Below the pieces are notes generated by a model that was not told the origin of the DNA, searched no databases, and saw only the letters and a program-made list of their open reading frames with translations. A stretch of DNA of 61,324 nt, counting the filler, from Bipalium vagum (lineage: Eukaryota): the NCBI GenBank assembly GCA_037834085.1. It is 3 parts of 3 records of this genome, joined end to end, with 100 filler letters (N's around TTAATTAATTAA, not from the genome) between each part and the next. Parts side by side here need not be neighbours in the genome. Positions count along the whole stretch, not along the records: positions 16,661 to 36,570 come from JBBMKC010264708.1; positions 36,671 to 61,324 come from JBBMKC010199275.1; 1 more part is not named here. The stretch is one strand, 5' to 3'. The translations under genes and the position numbers were made by a program. Position 1 is the first letter of the stretch, and every line of letters starts with the position of its first letter. Positions 24,061-38,853 of this stretch are shown here, in pieces.

Positions 24061-25899
24061 TATTTAAAACAAATTGTTGTTTCGACTTTATAACAAATAT
24101 AACTAACGTTATTGCTGCTTTTAATTTCACACCAGAATTAATACACCATACTAAAAATAGATAATGATAATCTAATGCGTTCTTGATATCTAAAATTAAA
24201 CAAATCATCGTTACGTCTATTGAAATAGCCCAAAGGTCTAAAAAAGCTTTTGATGCAGAATGCACAAATTAAAATTCGAACGGTTAAAGTTCTTTACTGA
24301 TACAAATCATTAGTACATATTTTTTATTGAAAAGGAATTAAAAGATTAAATACAATTTTAACAAAAAATGAACCATTATGTGCTGTACAAAATAGTCCAT
24401 CTGCCAGACAATATGAAATAGAAAATATTCATGAAATAAAATGATCCAAAAGAATCACTGGTACAGTTAAAAAATGTCCTACCACACAAAATTATACATC
24501 TCAATTATTTTTATTTTATTTATAATTAATTTATCAGTAGTATTATTTTTATTTTTTATGGTAACGGTTCGGGTCGATATTTTGAGTTGAGTAATTAATC
24601 AGTTGATAAAAATTCTAAATAAATTTTTTTCCATATCATTAAAACAACATTCATAAAGTAATTTCGAAAAATCAATGATTTTTTTGTTTTATTGATATTT
24701 AAATTAATTCTTACAAATGGATTTGTTCCAATTATTTTTGATCCATTCTTTTTGTAATTGATTTAGTATTCTCGTTTATTTGTTTTATAATATTTTCTTG
24801 ACAAATCATGCTTATAACGAAATCATATTATCGGAGAAAAATAAAATAAATAAATATTTTATTTTTTTAATGTCAGATTATTTATTTATTTTTGTATAAA
24901 CTGAGATATGTTTCTTTTTTTATTAATTCATAGAAAGAATCATAATTACTTATTTCTTTATCCTTCAATGAATAATTTAAATTCCTTTAAAAAATTGGAA
25001 AATTGTGGAAATTATTTTTATGAATTATAACAAAATATTATATTATTTTGGTAAAAAGGTCAATATTAAATGTTAAGAGGGGTTTTAATTATTTTTCCAA
25101 GAAAACCTTTTCTTAATTTGTATTAAATGAAATGATGGTCTTCATATATGAATTTCAACTGGTAAAGTGACCAAAATAAATAAATAAACTTGGTGTATAT
25201 CTTTTTAAGTAAAGAGAGTTCCGTGGGATTCGATAAAACTCTGTCGGACCTTTTTCAGTTTATATATTTGGATTTCAAAGATCGTCGGATACCACTTATC
25301 ATTTCTTTTCGTTATTTGAAATTTTGACCCGTATAAACTGAATTATTTGATGGAATGGATAGATATATACAGTGACGAAATCTGAAGGATGTAGAAGATT
25401 TTCAATGATATCCTAACAAATTTTAGTAGGGCATGACAAAAGACCAAGCTCTTTTCTGATATATAGGGCAGGATATGGTATCTTTAAATATGCTTGAATT
25501 TTATGACATGTTTGATGGTAAGTACCAGATGTTTTGTTTCACAATTTTTCACTCAATGACATACTGAAAATCCTTAGGAAAACCTACCCGTACTGAATTA
25601 CTATTAGGAATATACCTGATATCTTAAAGGCACATAAAAGAGAGAAATAAAATAAAACTGATCTTGTATTGCTCACGTGGGCAAAGGTAATTCAATTATT
25701 ATTTGTAATATTTGGTTGAGTTTCTTTAGAATATGAGTAAATTATTTTTGATTATTGATTATTTAATGAACAATACAATATCATATAGGTTATTATCATT
25801 TATTGAATTTTGCTCTATTCCATCTGACACCTGCACCTGATATTGATCTATCTCTTCTTTACCTTTTCACATAATTCGTATTACATCGCCTTTGAAATC

Positions 25900-26049
25900 A
25901 TCATCAAATCGAATTTTACTCGAATTGACATTTGCGATCAACTCATGAAATGCGAGGAAGACGACCCATTTCTCAGGCGCATGATCACGGGTGACGGAAA
26001 ATGGATTTCCTACAATAATTTTAACGGTAAAAGAAGCTGGTCTAAATAA
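25900..26049 (+). pseudogene. Mariner transposase fragment
   Basis: RIDICDQLMKCEEDDPFLRRMITGDGKWISYNNFNGKRSWSK. Confidence 0.8.
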
Positions 26050-26613
26050 AGATGAGGCATAGGAGAGACGTATAAATCAAAATTATTACTAATAGTGAAG
26101 TATAACAATTTCGTGCTTTTAAGTGGTATATAAATAAATGCGTTTAAACAAATATGTTTCAAAATTATGTAGTCAAGTTTGAGTATAAGAGAAAGGCATT
26201 TATTTTCTTATCAACCAAATTCTGTCAGTTGATTATTTTAAGCCAGGCAATATTTCTTTAATAAAAGTCAACATCAAACCCAATCGTTAAATGATATCTG
26301 ATTCTGATTTTATAAGCAAAAAGGAAAAATTAAAGAAGAAGGACCGTTTCTTATTCTGTGATTGGATGATTGATTTCATTTCAGTTTCATGTTGTTTTGA
26401 TAAAATTATCAGAAAATAAAATTTTAAAGTGTCCTAGAAATAATCATTTTTATTTTATCTCAACACTCACGACCCTCTCGTTCGATATTAATTATTATTA
26501 TTCTCATTATTATTATAAAAAATAATTTTAATTATTATCCTTATTCGTTTATCATCATTACACTTAAATTAACTGATTATTTGATTGATTGGTTAATATT
26601 AATAATAATATTA

Positions 26614-26644
<31 letters not shown>

Positions 26645-27560
26645 CATTATTAAGTTGATAGCCATAACACAAATATAATAAAAAGAAAAAATTTCAGAGT
26701 TTTAAAAGTTTAATAGGTATATTTTTATATTTTAGACATAATTTCCATAAAATCTCCTGGTTTCTTTTGCAAAAAGTTTTTGCACCCCGTTGACCTACTT
26801 AAATTCTATGATAATTCCTCAATTCCATCAGTCTTCACTCAGTTTTCCAAATAAATTAATGATCAAATTAATCTTTCAAAGTGTAATTGAGAAATTAAAA
26901 CAAAAAAAATCAACAGATTTTATAAGCAAAAAAATGTTTCACTTATCTCAGCTATCAAAAATAATTAAATCATAATTCACAAATCTTAATTAAGATTTCC
27001 ATTTGCTCATCGTTTACAGCTCCAGCCTATTCTCAATACAATTATTTGTGACTGACATTATCTCAAATAAAATATTTTGTTTGTTTAAATGATTGAATTA
27101 ACAAAATTAAATCTACGCTGCTTAGAAACTAGTGATAGACAAACAAAGAATTGATAAGGAAATATTCATAGAATCTATTTACTTTGCTTTTTATCCTCAA
27201 ATGTCTTTTTATATCAAGTTTTAATAACAAAATGTCTTTAAAATAGCGTGATATCGTTTGCCTCATGATATTTTGACTGATTGAAGAGCTTAAGCGATAT
27301 ATTTCTTTATTCGGAGAATTAAATTTTCTTTTCTTTTCATTATTAATATTATTGAAAATCATTTAATATTCCACCACCATGGTATAATTTTCTCGCATAA
27401 TGTACTGAATGAAAGGCAAGGGTCGTGAAGACTCGAGCTTTTTTTCTCGACATTTTTCAAAGTTATCTGATCTGATAAATCGATGTCTCCTGGACGATTA
27501 AATTTTATTTATTTCAACTGGGGATAATTTTATCAAACATTAAAGTTATAAGAGGAAAAC

Positions 27561-27684
27561 TTTTTTTAAAATAAAATAATAAAATTTTTTAAAAATAAAA
27601 TAATAAAATTTTTTTAAAATAAAATAATAAAATTTTTTTAAAATAAAATAATAAATTTTTTTTAAAATAAAATAATAAAATTTT
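27561..27684. repeat. Minisatellite, ~5 copies of a 24-25 bp unit
   Basis: (TTTTTTTAAAATAAAATAATAAAA)n. Confidence 0.9.
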
Positions 27685-27799
27685 ATATTAATAAAAACCC
27701 GGGTGTTTTAATTTATTAATAGAATATTTATGTTATTGATTGAAAATATTCTTATCCTACTGGAAATTTTAGACATAGCGGTTATTTGTAAAACAAAAC

Positions 27800-28560
27800 A
27801 TTTAAGATATATTTTTTCTGGCTTTCCAGAAAAGCTGTAACTGTTTTGATAATTTTTTGCGTGACTTATTAACTTATTTGTCAGGAAATTTCACCAATAG
27901 TGTTTCGAATTTCTTCTTTAAGGTTATCACTGATTTCTGGCGCATAGGATGTGACAAAAACTGGAGTTCTTGTTTAGTCTTGTGATCTCACTTGCAATGT
28001 ATGGTTGTAAATATAAATTTATTCTTAAAATTCGTAAGCGAGAATTTAAATTTTTAATTCCTGATTTCTGTCTAAGTGACAGTGACTTTATTAACCCATT
28101 TCATTCCATAAGCCCCATTTCGGGTTGTTCCTATAGAGTGAAATGTACAAGTTATTTGAAGATTTTACGAAATATAAATTAATTTAAATCACTGCAGAGA
28201 CATTTTATTTTAATTGGGCATTGATAGGCTTTTACTTTGCATATTCTTTTATTCTAAATTTCATCTCAATTGTTTTTAAAATCTTTATGAAACTTTTACA
28301 TAGTCTCAATAGGTCCTATATCAACTATTATACACTAAGTAAATCAAATTTCTTTGCCTCTTGAATTCTGGATTAAAATGGGAATGACTTCGTTAGAGCG
28401 AATACTGAGAGTAAGGTTAAATCATTTTATGGTTTTCACTGAATCCGTTAACAAAAATTCAATTATCAAATTCGATAGAGGGGGTCATAAACCGTATATT
28501 TTGCAAAACAAAAATGCAAAACCTGGATTATTTTTATAATAAATTATACCATTTCTAAAC
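27800..28560 (-). mobile_element. Possible Penelope-like retroelement relic
   Basis: Minus-strand segments RTPVFVTSYAPEISDNL and TIKxFNLTLSI resemble the Penelope RT C-terminal/linker region; very decayed. Confidence 0.25.
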
Positions 28561-29276
28561 GTTGATTGGTCGTATAATTATTTTCTTGAAAGTTAAACGA
28601 AAAATTGCCGAAATTTGAAAAATCATTGTCTTTTGAAAAACTATTTGAATCTTCTATGAAAAATGTTTTAAGTGTAACGCATTTTTCTTCCTACAGACTG
28701 GTTCAGGAAGCCGCTGATCGATTACTTTCTTTAATTAAATAAAATAGTATTTGTTACTAATTATAAAATTAAGCGAAGATATTCATGGATATTATTAAAA
28801 TGAATTTGAAACTTGGTTAAGTTAGTCATTGTTAGGTTATGACTGTTTTCTGTTATTTAAATTTTAAAAATTTAAATACAACACAATTGTACGTTATGTC
28901 TATTTCTGAAAAAATACTTTTGAAGGTTTTGTCTTTTAGATTTACCACGTACTAAAACAAATATTTTTTCAATCTTAAAAACAAACTTTAATTTAATAAT
29001 AAATTTATTATTTTTATTTATTATTGATTAATTAATTATTATTAATATTAAGTAAATAATACTTTAGAGCAACTTTTAGAACGAAATTTTTTAATTATTT
29101 TTTTTAAAATATTAATAATTAATTTTAATAATATATTTACAATAAAAATTATAATATTAATTTTAAACAAAAATATTTTAATGTTATAAATAGAAAATTG
29201 AAACTTTTGAAATTTGCGTATCATAGGAAAAGTTTAAATCTTCCTTTATTGTTGAGGTTTCTGTGTCACAATATTA

Positions 29277-30420
29277 CGAGGGTCTATCAAAAAGTAACCT
29301 TAAAAACACATTAATTTTATTTTAAAAATTAATTCAAATTTGAGCGTTGAAATCATTTTTCAACAAAGTCCCCTCCATGTTCAATGAACATTCATTACCG
29401 CTTAATTAGAGCCATGGGAAAAATCTTTTGGCTGACTAGAAATCCGCTGATGCACTGGATTTTGAGCTATACGTCTGAATCGAACTTTCTTCCTCCTAGT
29501 GCCTCCTTGAGTGGTTCAAATAAATTGAAATCACAATGGGTGAGGTCGGGAGAATATGCAGAATGTGGCAAATATTCAATTTTCAGTCCTTTAATTTTAT
29601 TCACTGTAGCATGGGCAGTAAGTGGTCGTGCATTATCGTCCTGCAATAAGGCCCCACAACTAGGTAGTCTATGTCAGTTTGTATGGATAGCAGACTTTAG
29701 AAGATTTTGAATTAGATCACAATACGATGCACTTGTTACAGAATATCCTTTTGGCATGTAATTCTCACAGCCTTTGTTGTCCCAAAGTAGAGTAAGCATC
29801 CGTTTACCAATTGATGGTGTAACACGAAACTTCTTTAGCTGTGGAGAAGAAAAATATCTCCACTGTTTCCTTGGTCTTTTTGAATTCAGGTTTAAAATAA
29901 TTAACCCACATTCATCACCAGTGACGATGCTATAAAGAAAATCATCACCTTCTGTTTCAAAATGATGTAGGAGCATTTGTTAGATTCCATCCGGCGGACT
30001 TTCATCTCGTGGGTAAGTTGTCTTGGAACCCACCTGGCAAATATTTTAACATATCGTGGATACTGTAATGGACTGAGAAGTGACTTGGCATCATTTTAGA
30101 GGCTATTTCATCAATTGTTATCCGCCTGTTTTCACATAAGATGTGACCAATTTCGGAAATTTTCTTTGGTGATTCAGCTGAATTGAGTTCCCAGATTGGG
30201 GTACATCGCTCAGATTTGTTAATCCCCTTTGGAACTTCCTATGTAATTCACATACCTGTTGAAGTGATAAACAGGAATCCATATACTTTGATAATATTCC
30301 TGCTATTAATACTAGCAGGAATTTCGCCTTCACTGACTAAAAATTGAATTATTTCATACATCTCTTCTTTGGTGCATTCAGTTAGAGATACTGCCATCAT
30401 TTTAATGAGATTAATAAAAA
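29277..30420 (-). mobile_element. Mariner (irritans/Hsmar2-like) element, near full-length and inactivated
   Basis: TA + TIR CGAGGGTCTATCAAAAAGTAAC at 29277; fragments RWVPRQLT, FLYSIVTGDE, LQDDNARP, HSAYSPDLTHCDF; start near 30398. Confidence 0.85.
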
Positions 30421-30579
30421 AAAGTGAATATTAATCATGGCTTTATTTATTGTTAATGTGTTTACTTATAAAATATAAGGTATATTGAATCTTTACAAAA
30501 TTTGTTTTATTTTTTATAGATAATTTTTGTTTTATTCGGTTTTCTAGTTCCATAATAATTTTTGGCGTTTTTTAATAGA

Positions 30580-30946
30580 AAACCATTTTACTATCAGTAT
30601 TATTCAATGCATCTTTAATAACGGTTTTCGTCCACTGATCAAAGATAGCCTCCCACAAGGAACATTGAGTACACAGCCAGTTGCTTCAATAAGCTATTGC
30701 CAAACCGATGCCTTGGTTTTTCATTAAATTTCTCTCCCTCTTGATTTGACTAATGGCAGTTGAAGGGGAATTTGAATTTATATAATACCGTCGAATGATT
30801 TCAATTTTCAAATCGAAAATCATATCATATTTTTAATAAATATATTATTTAAACAAAATTTAGTTTAATCAGTTTAATATAAATAAAATATCTTTCTAAA
30901 AAGATGATGGATAAAAAACTGTTTCATTGGTTTTTGAACAACCTGT
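30580..30946 (-). mobile_element. 5' end of a Tc1/mariner-superfamily element
   Basis: Terminus ...TTTTTGAACAACCTG-TA; minus-strand IEATGCVLNVPCGR resembles the KFxxTGSVxDxxRSGR linker. Confidence 0.45.
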
Positions 30947-32832
30947 ATTATTATTATTATTATTATTATTCAATAGAATATTTCATAAACAATTTGTAAT
31001 AGTTATTATATGGTCAATAATTAACAAAAAATCCAAGTTTTATATTATTTTGAGAAAAACACCATTAAATACGAATTTGAAGATATAAAAAAGAAAATGA
31101 AAAATAAAACAAATTATTGAAAGAAAAATTCATACATTAATTGTGATCTAAGGCCTCCGAAAGTGGTGTTATTTTCAGTGAGTTGAAATTTTTATCCAAA
31201 GTCTCTAGAGAAATCATTCTCTACGTCTCAGAAATTAAGTAAAACTCGAAAAACATTTTCTTACGTTAGAGATTTTATTAAGTTCTCTATTGTACCTCCT
31301 AAGCCAATTTAATCTTTACTTTTCCAATTATGTGAAATCCAAATAGATTCAGCTCTATTTCTTTTTTCCAACAATTATAAATAAACTAATGCTTAAAAAT
31401 TGAAAATAATACGCAATTTTCTAAAATAATAAGTGGTGTTTTTTTATTGAAAATGTGTATACTTAAATATTACCCAAGCTACATCTAATTTGGTTCGGTA
31501 TCTTTAATATTATTATGTTCTACAATAATCCTATGAGAAAGTCTGAAAATATTGGGGTGGTCCATAAGTCTTTTCGTATATTTGTTTTACTATTTCAAAT
31601 TAATTTTGTTATTGATATAAATATTTAAATCTATACAATTATAGATCATTTTGAAGATAAAAACGTCCTTTATCAGACGGTAAATTAATAACTATTAAAT
31701 TATTGTAAATATACTGCTTTTATTTATTTAGAAGAAATATGGATAAATTGGAAATTAGAGTACTGTTAACAACACTGAGATCCACTCAACGTCAACTGAA
31801 ATCAGTACAAGAAATTTCGATATTAATCAATATTAAGGATTTTATGAAGAATAATTTTGGTTGATTAAAAAGATCTCACCTGGAATTGATAAATATATTA
31901 ATCAAAATAATTTTAACATAGATAAATAGATACATTTAGCAATAAAACGCGATTTAGATTTATTAAAATCAACAAATTAATCAATTAAAACAATTTTATT
32001 TAATTTAACTTTAATACAACTGCCATTAAAAGACGAGTATGGAAGAGAAAGAGATATTCAAATTTGTTTACCCTTTCATGGATTTGATGTAATGATTGAA
32101 TGACAAGCGTTTTCTGTCCCAAGTACATACAAAATATTAGATGCCTAAAAAAGATCACGTTATTTTAATTTAATTAATACAACATTTTATTAGCTAGATC
32201 AGATAAGAAAAACGGTTTTTTCAAAAAATTATTTGTGCTCCTCGCAAAAGATGATTTCTAAGCAATCCAGAAAAGGTCAATTTTCTCGACCATCTAGTGA
32301 ACAATGATGGTTTTCAAAGATATAAGCCTGTCTTAAAACCAACCCAAATGTGATTAAAATGTTAGAAAGCTTTTAGAAAGAATTTAATTCAAGGCTATTC
32401 ATAAAAAATTGTACATCAAAGTAAAGGAAATATATACAAAATTACCCACAATTATTAATCAGGTACTAAAAATTTTAAATATCATAAGGATTTTTTTCAG
32501 AACGGTTTATTCAGATTATACAAATACTCTATTTATTTTTGTTTGCGAATCTCAAATGAAATTTTTGATTTGACATAAGGTAATGATTTTAGAAACTAAA
32601 AGATACGCGTGAAAGTCGAAATTTGAAATAAGATTCTCTCTTAACTTTTGCATTGATTTTTAGATTCCACTCTAGTTTTATGTTGCATTTAATTTAAAGA
32701 GGTTACTGTTACACATTAAAAAGTTTTTTATTGTTTCATTACATAGATTTATTATTATTATTATTATTAAAGTACATTTTTTCGAAGTAGTTTGTGCTTG
32801 TTTGCCATAAAAATATAAATATTATTAGACAA

Positions 32833-33100
32833 ATGGTCAAAATAAGAGAACTAACACGTAACAATAACAGAACGAGAAAGAATTCTGGTTTATCATAAGT
32901 GGGTTACTCTCAAGTTAAAATTTCTCAGAAAATAAAATGTATTTAGATGTTGTGTGCAATAGATTTGCGTGCTTAGATTCTAAAATCAACGAGATTATGA
33001 AGACAAACAGCGGTTCGGCAGAACAATGTTTTTTTATTTTTCTTGTAAAATCTAAAAATAATTTAAGCATTGATTAATTGGTAAAAGAAATACCAATAAC
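32833..33100 (+). pseudogene. Tc1 transposase N-terminal (HTH) relic
   Basis: MVKIRELT...ERERIL...YSQVKISQKIKC...YEDKQRFGR (frameshifted). Confidence 0.5.
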
Positions 33101-33889
33101 ATTTATTATCAAAAAGCTATGAAAATTAAATCAATCATCCAAGTGTCATTTGTTTCAAACCATGGGTTGAGGTCGATGTTTTTTTCTCCATTAACCTAGA
33201 ACAATACAGTATAAATACATTACATTAAAAATATAAAAATTTCAATTATCCTGGCGTTGGTGGAATTTCGCTCATTCACATAATATTTATATTTAAAGAG
33301 TGGGAATGGCTGACAAATGTATCATATAAATATTCCCAGCTAAATTGGAATTAATTAGAAAAATAAATAACGATCATAAAATAAATTATTTATATATTCT
33401 CATCAATACATGGTACCTAAATGTTCTCAAAAGCGCCATAAACATATATTAAAGTATCATAAAATGAACTTGCTAGACAAATTACTGTCAGGCGCTCGCT
33501 GGTGGATGGGACATGAGCAGAGGATGATATAAAAGCTTCCCACAGATTAATGAAATGTACTCATACAATATAAGGATACAATGACAAAGTGACAATCCGG
33601 TACTTTTGTCCGATACATTTTCTGCAGACTTCTGGATCAAGAATGAAGGAATGACACATTTCAAGGCTTCGACAAGTTTAATAAATTATTGAATTGATAA
33701 TTCCAGGATTTTCAAAACTTTTTTGTGAAAGGTTTAATATTCATCGAAATATTATCTGTATTATTTATCGAGACCCCTCTACCCTCTGTCTATCACATTA
33801 AGGATTTCTTAACTAGAAATTTGATTTATTTTGAATATGGTGAAATCATTGTCAAATGTATTTATATTTTCATCTCTAGTGGGGTATAT

Positions 33890-34730
33890 ATCACTATATA
33901 CCGGATCTCACTCCTTCTGATTATCATATGTTTCGGTCTCTCTTACAGACGCTTTAGTTTAGAGGAAGAGCTCAAAAATGGAATAGCCTAATTCTTTGTC
34001 TCAAAAAACCCTGAGTGATATTGCATGGAATTGAGAAATTGGCAGAAAGATGGCTTTATGTTTTAGAAACTGATAGACTATATTTCGAGAATTAATGTGA
34101 TCTGTGTTAACAAAATTTTGTAAATAAAGTATTTGCTTAAAAACAAAAATAACTTTTGACTCAACCTGATATGTAAAAATAAATCCAATAATCGAAATAC
34201 AAGGCAAAATCAAAGACAAGTTAGATTAGCACAATAAAAAGAATGAGGAAGAACTTTAGAGACTAAGAAGTTGGTGAGTATACCTTGTAACATGTGAAAG
34301 GTTATTGTGACAAAGAAAATTTCGAATATTTTTTGTAACGAGTCATTGTTTTTTATGATTTTTTCATTACAGTAAATTGAATTGTTAACTATCATTCTTA
34401 ACTGGCCTTTTTTCTTCCATGAACTCATAATACACCGTCCTTGATATCCCAATGAATAAAGTAATTTTTCCCCATAAATATCTCTTTTGAAAATCATATT
34501 TAATTTTTCCAGGATTCAACTTTTGCTTTTGGAATTATTATTATCATAATAAATCAAATTCTTATCATAGGTTATAATTTTATAAAATAATAACTTTTTT
34601 AGACAAATAGAACTATTTGAAAATGACTTGGTATGAACAAACTTTATCTTGCTATTCTTTTATCGTTTATAAATTAAATAAATATCGTTCAATAAAATTT
34701 ATGTCAAAGGTTTCAGAACTTTTATTGCAC
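33890..34730. mobile_element. Two adjacent mariner relics in opposite orientations
   Basis: Plus strand: PDLTPSDYHMFRSL...EEELKNGI (33890-34170). Minus strand: IYGEKLL..WDIKxGV-like and VLPHSFYCANL segments (34210-34730). Confidence 0.6.
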
Positions 34731-35628
34731 CCTGATCATAGATAAAAAGCATATAACATTTCTTGGTCTTTGAGTCTGAGACGGTCTGTTCCCGTTTTGA
34801 TCTAAACAATGAGATAATGTTGTATGACCAAATCCAAAATTTTATAACAAAATCTTAATTTGATAAACCTGTAGTTTTATTTACCAAAATCTGCATGGAT
34901 CCAGAAGAGCTTAACACAAAAAGAAAATTTTTCATTTAGAATTAACTTAGGTTACAATAAAAAATTCATAAAATGGCCCAAGAGATTACTATCCGACGGT
35001 TGATTTATCATAATGAATGAAGAGGGTGAATTCTGACTCCATCGAGTCCCACCTTTGTAACATATGAACTGGAACTGATAAATGATGTTTTTAATGTCAA
35101 AATCTAATAGACGTATCTGGCACATAATAATGATATTATTACCATCTTACATATCTGACTACCAATGTCACCCTTATTTTCTTTCAGGTCATTGCATTTT
35201 TCAGTGTCTATTTTTCAGACACTTTAATTATATTAATTTTCCCTCAATTTAAAGTTTAATTAAATAAAATGGGGAATTGAAGACCTGCGAGCCTTGCTTC
35301 TGTCAGAGAGTAGTATAAGTGAGAAGATTGTAATCAATTTGGCAACTTCTACTGTTTTCAGAAGACTTTTTTCATTAGATTGTCAATTTTGATAACCATC
35401 ATTAAGTACTGCAAATTTGTCACATTTTTCCTCTGGACTTTTGGAAAAATATCATTGTTATAATTAGAATGTTTCCTTCATAAAATGAAGTCTTGGTTGG
35501 ATCAAGTCCTTCTTGTACGTTAATATGACCTTCTGGCACCAGAAATTTAAAGTAGATTATCTTATTTTTTAATAATTTGACAAAATATATTGGCTAATAT
35601 AATCTTTTAAAATTTTATAAATAATACA

Positions 35629-36460
35629 CGGGGGAAGGGTTGATAAGTAAACTAACTAAGCAAGAAAAGACAATTTTTTTTAAAAAGTAATTTTTAATTT
35701 TCAACATAATCTTATAGTTTTATGTACTTTTCCAACAGTTCTCGAGCTTTATGATGTCATTAGAAAATTAGCCTTTTCCATACGTTTTTAAATACTCAAT
35801 TGTTTGAAGTATAACGACATACGTTTTGACTGGAACATCCTTCCTTGAATTCATTTTTTTTAAAAAGGAAAAAAAGAAATCAAATTGCACTAAATCTGAA
35901 AAATACGCTGAATGTTGAGAAGCAAATCGTAAATCAATTCATGAAATCTTTGCTTAGTTTTCCCGTATCGGTGAGCAGATACATTTTCGTCATGGAAAAA
36001 AATTTACAATGTTAACTATCTCATGAACTTTCACTTAACGATCTTCCTAAACAATATTGTGGATTTTATCGATTATTTCTGACGTAGTCACCTCTTTCGG
36101 CCGACCTGATCGTTGTTCGTCATTGTTCTTGATCGACTACGTTTGAATTCAGCGAATGGATATTTCACCATAAAATCTTATAAAGAAGATTCATCGCAAT
36201 GTTTCTTGAACTTTCCTGATGTTTCTTTGTCCATTTTAAAAAGGTGTGTTTAATCACAAAACGAAATTCATGTTTCTCTATTTTTCATGGAATTAAAAAG
36301 TTACTTATTTCAAACAATTTAAACAGGAAACCTAACTCATTAACTGATATGAAACTTTTATATTATTAAATTGGTTGATTGTACTTCTCAATAGTAAAGT
36401 TTATTTAATTTTTGTGACGACCCTAGTTTGTGTGGTAGCTTACTTATCAATCCATGCTCG
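35629..36460 (-). mobile_element. Internally deleted irritans-type mariner with both TIRs
   Basis: TIRs CGGGGGAAGGGTTGATAAGTAAACTA and TAGCTTACTTATCAATCCATGCTCG-TA; N-terminal EFRFVIKHTFLK segment resembles Himar1-type EFRVLIKYCFLK. Confidence 0.7.
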
Positions 36461-36570
36461 TATAATAATATTTATTTATTTTATTACTAATAGTATAGTC
36501 CTTTTCAAATTTATTGAACACTTTACATTTGACTTATAAAAAAGTTACATATAATACCAAATATTATTGC

Positions 36571-36670
36571 NNNNNNNNNNNNNNNNNNNNNNNNNNNNNN
36601 NNNNNNNNNNNNNNTTAATTAATTAANNNNNNNNNNNNNNNNNNNNNNNNNNNNNNNNNNNNNNNNNNNN
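36571..36670. other. Assembly gap with artificial linker, abutting an (ATA)n run
   Basis: 44 N + TTAATTAATTAA + 44 N; (ATA)n at 36671-36740. Confidence 0.97.
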
Positions 36671-36741
<71 letters not shown>

Positions 36742-38324
36742 TTCAAATGAAAACTTGATATGATGAAACATTAAATTGATGCTATAATAGCTAAATTGAT
36801 GTCGTTATTTTGATAAAGGCTTTCAACATTATAATTCACTTTATTTGACGATTCTTTTAAGTTAATCGACCTACATCATCTGATCATTCATCTTTAGAGT
36901 AAAACATACCAATTTTGACATAACTAACCTATGCGAAATTGTGAAAATATGAGAATAAAAGACCCTTCATCATCATCAACATCAATTATCTCAAACCAAC
37001 AAAGTTTTAATTCAATGGGTAAGCCCCTCTGTTATGATAAGGAAATGAAATTTCTGAAATAACAACAAAGAGAAGATGCACGTGTCGCACAAATATTAAA
37101 TATTGGAAGCAGAGAATATTATTTTATCATTTTTCTGGATATGACCCGATTGATTTCGTTATTCGGGGTCGGAATCTGGACCACGTATTCCGCACTAAAA
37201 ACCAAGTTAAATAATCTTTGTGTAAATATTCTTTAGTGAATTTCATTGGGTATAGACATCAAATTAAATATCCGCACCCACACTTAGGAAAGGGTTGAAA
37301 CTTGTTCCTGTTTTATGTGCAAAAATTCTCATACTCAAAAAAATCAATTTAATCTTTATTCCCATTGCTTGATAATAGAAACACTATTTTCTTAGAATAC
37401 CATAATTTCTCCAGATATATCATGATTGATATGATTAGGTTTTCCGTGCTCTAAGTGTAATTTTTCTTTTTAAATAGACGCTTTTTCACAATTGATAAAA
37501 TTTATTATTATGAAACATATTTTGAACGTTTTATCAGTTCGTCATCAGTGAGTAATATTTGATGATTCACATTTTAATTAATTTAAGAATAGAATTTTTC
37601 AATTTTTTTAAAATACCTTAACTTAGTGCATGCATGAAAACTGTGAGATAAATCACTGATATCAATATAACACAAACCAACTTAGAGAACCTTTTCATTT
37701 TTTATAATAAGATTTTCTTTGTTTCGCGTAGCATTTTCTTTACATTTATTGAATATATTTGAAAATGTATCCACCGTTTTTTCTATAATATAAGACAGGG
37801 TATTGTAAATAAATATTATTTTAAAATGAAAGAAATCTAAACTAGGTTTTATATTCGAGAAAGTTTTTATATTTAGATTTTCTGATGTAGAGTTATGTTA
37901 CATTTTCCTCTGTGAATCTTGTAACACCAATGAAAACCCATTTAAAATGTTATTTTAAAAAATTATATTAATTTATTAATTAATTTAATAAATCAATATC
38001 TTAATTTTTAAGGGCATTTTTAATGAGTGGGGCTTATATTTTAAAAAATCAAACAAACTATTTTTATTAACTAGCGCATATTTATTGAGTATGGTTTATA
38101 TTATGGAAACACGGTCATTTTAAAAAAATCGTATTCTGAAAGACGCCTACAGCTTTAATTAAGTAGCTTAATGACCTCGCTTTGAAATTGATCACCGTCA
38201 AAGAAAGATAATTTATTTAAATGGTATTCTTTATAATTTTTAAAGGCCTGGCTTATTTTCCTCGACTTAATTTATTCTCATTAAAAAATTAAAAATATCA
38301 ATTAATAATTATTATCAAATGTAC

Positions 38325-38822
38325 CTCATAAGTACTAGTGAGTGTCGAAAATCTGTCAATGATTTCTCTTGATTCAGTGAACTCGTCAGATATTTCAACA
38401 ACATTTTCAATATATTGATCATATGAACGATATTTTTCTAATTTGATTTTTATTTTATTCAGTCTTTCTTTGGAACTGATGCATGAATTCTTCAATCTAA
38501 TCAATACTCATTTCATGGTTCTAGTGAAACAAATTTTAGTTTACTCTGATATCTCTCTGGATAATTGTCGTTGATTTTCCAGCTCTAAGATTTCTTTCTG
38601 AAATCCTCTATTTTTCTTGGATTCGTTTTCTGCTAAAAACTTATTAAATTTCAACAGGCACTGAGACAATTGAAGCTCCTTTTCCCCAAGATCTTGTTTT
38701 CTTTTTTGAAAACTTGTCATTTTCATTTGAAATTCCTAAATATTAATATGAAATTATTATTATTATTATTTATAATATACATGATAATTATAAATAATAA
38801 TAATCATAATAATTATAAATAA

Positions 38823-38853
<31 letters not shown>

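Noticed and set aside
26230-27060. Exon-like minus-strand blocks as the missing 3' end of CCDC42
   Set aside because: Translations hit stops and do not resemble the DUF4200-family C-terminus.
27561-27684. 24-25 bp periodic repeats as a CRISPR array
   Set aside because: No spacers, 100% AT and a eukaryotic context; this is a minisatellite.
34740-35560. Possible second hAT relic (DPCRFW, RWDS segments)
   Set aside because: Motifs too short and too decayed to support a call without an HMM search.
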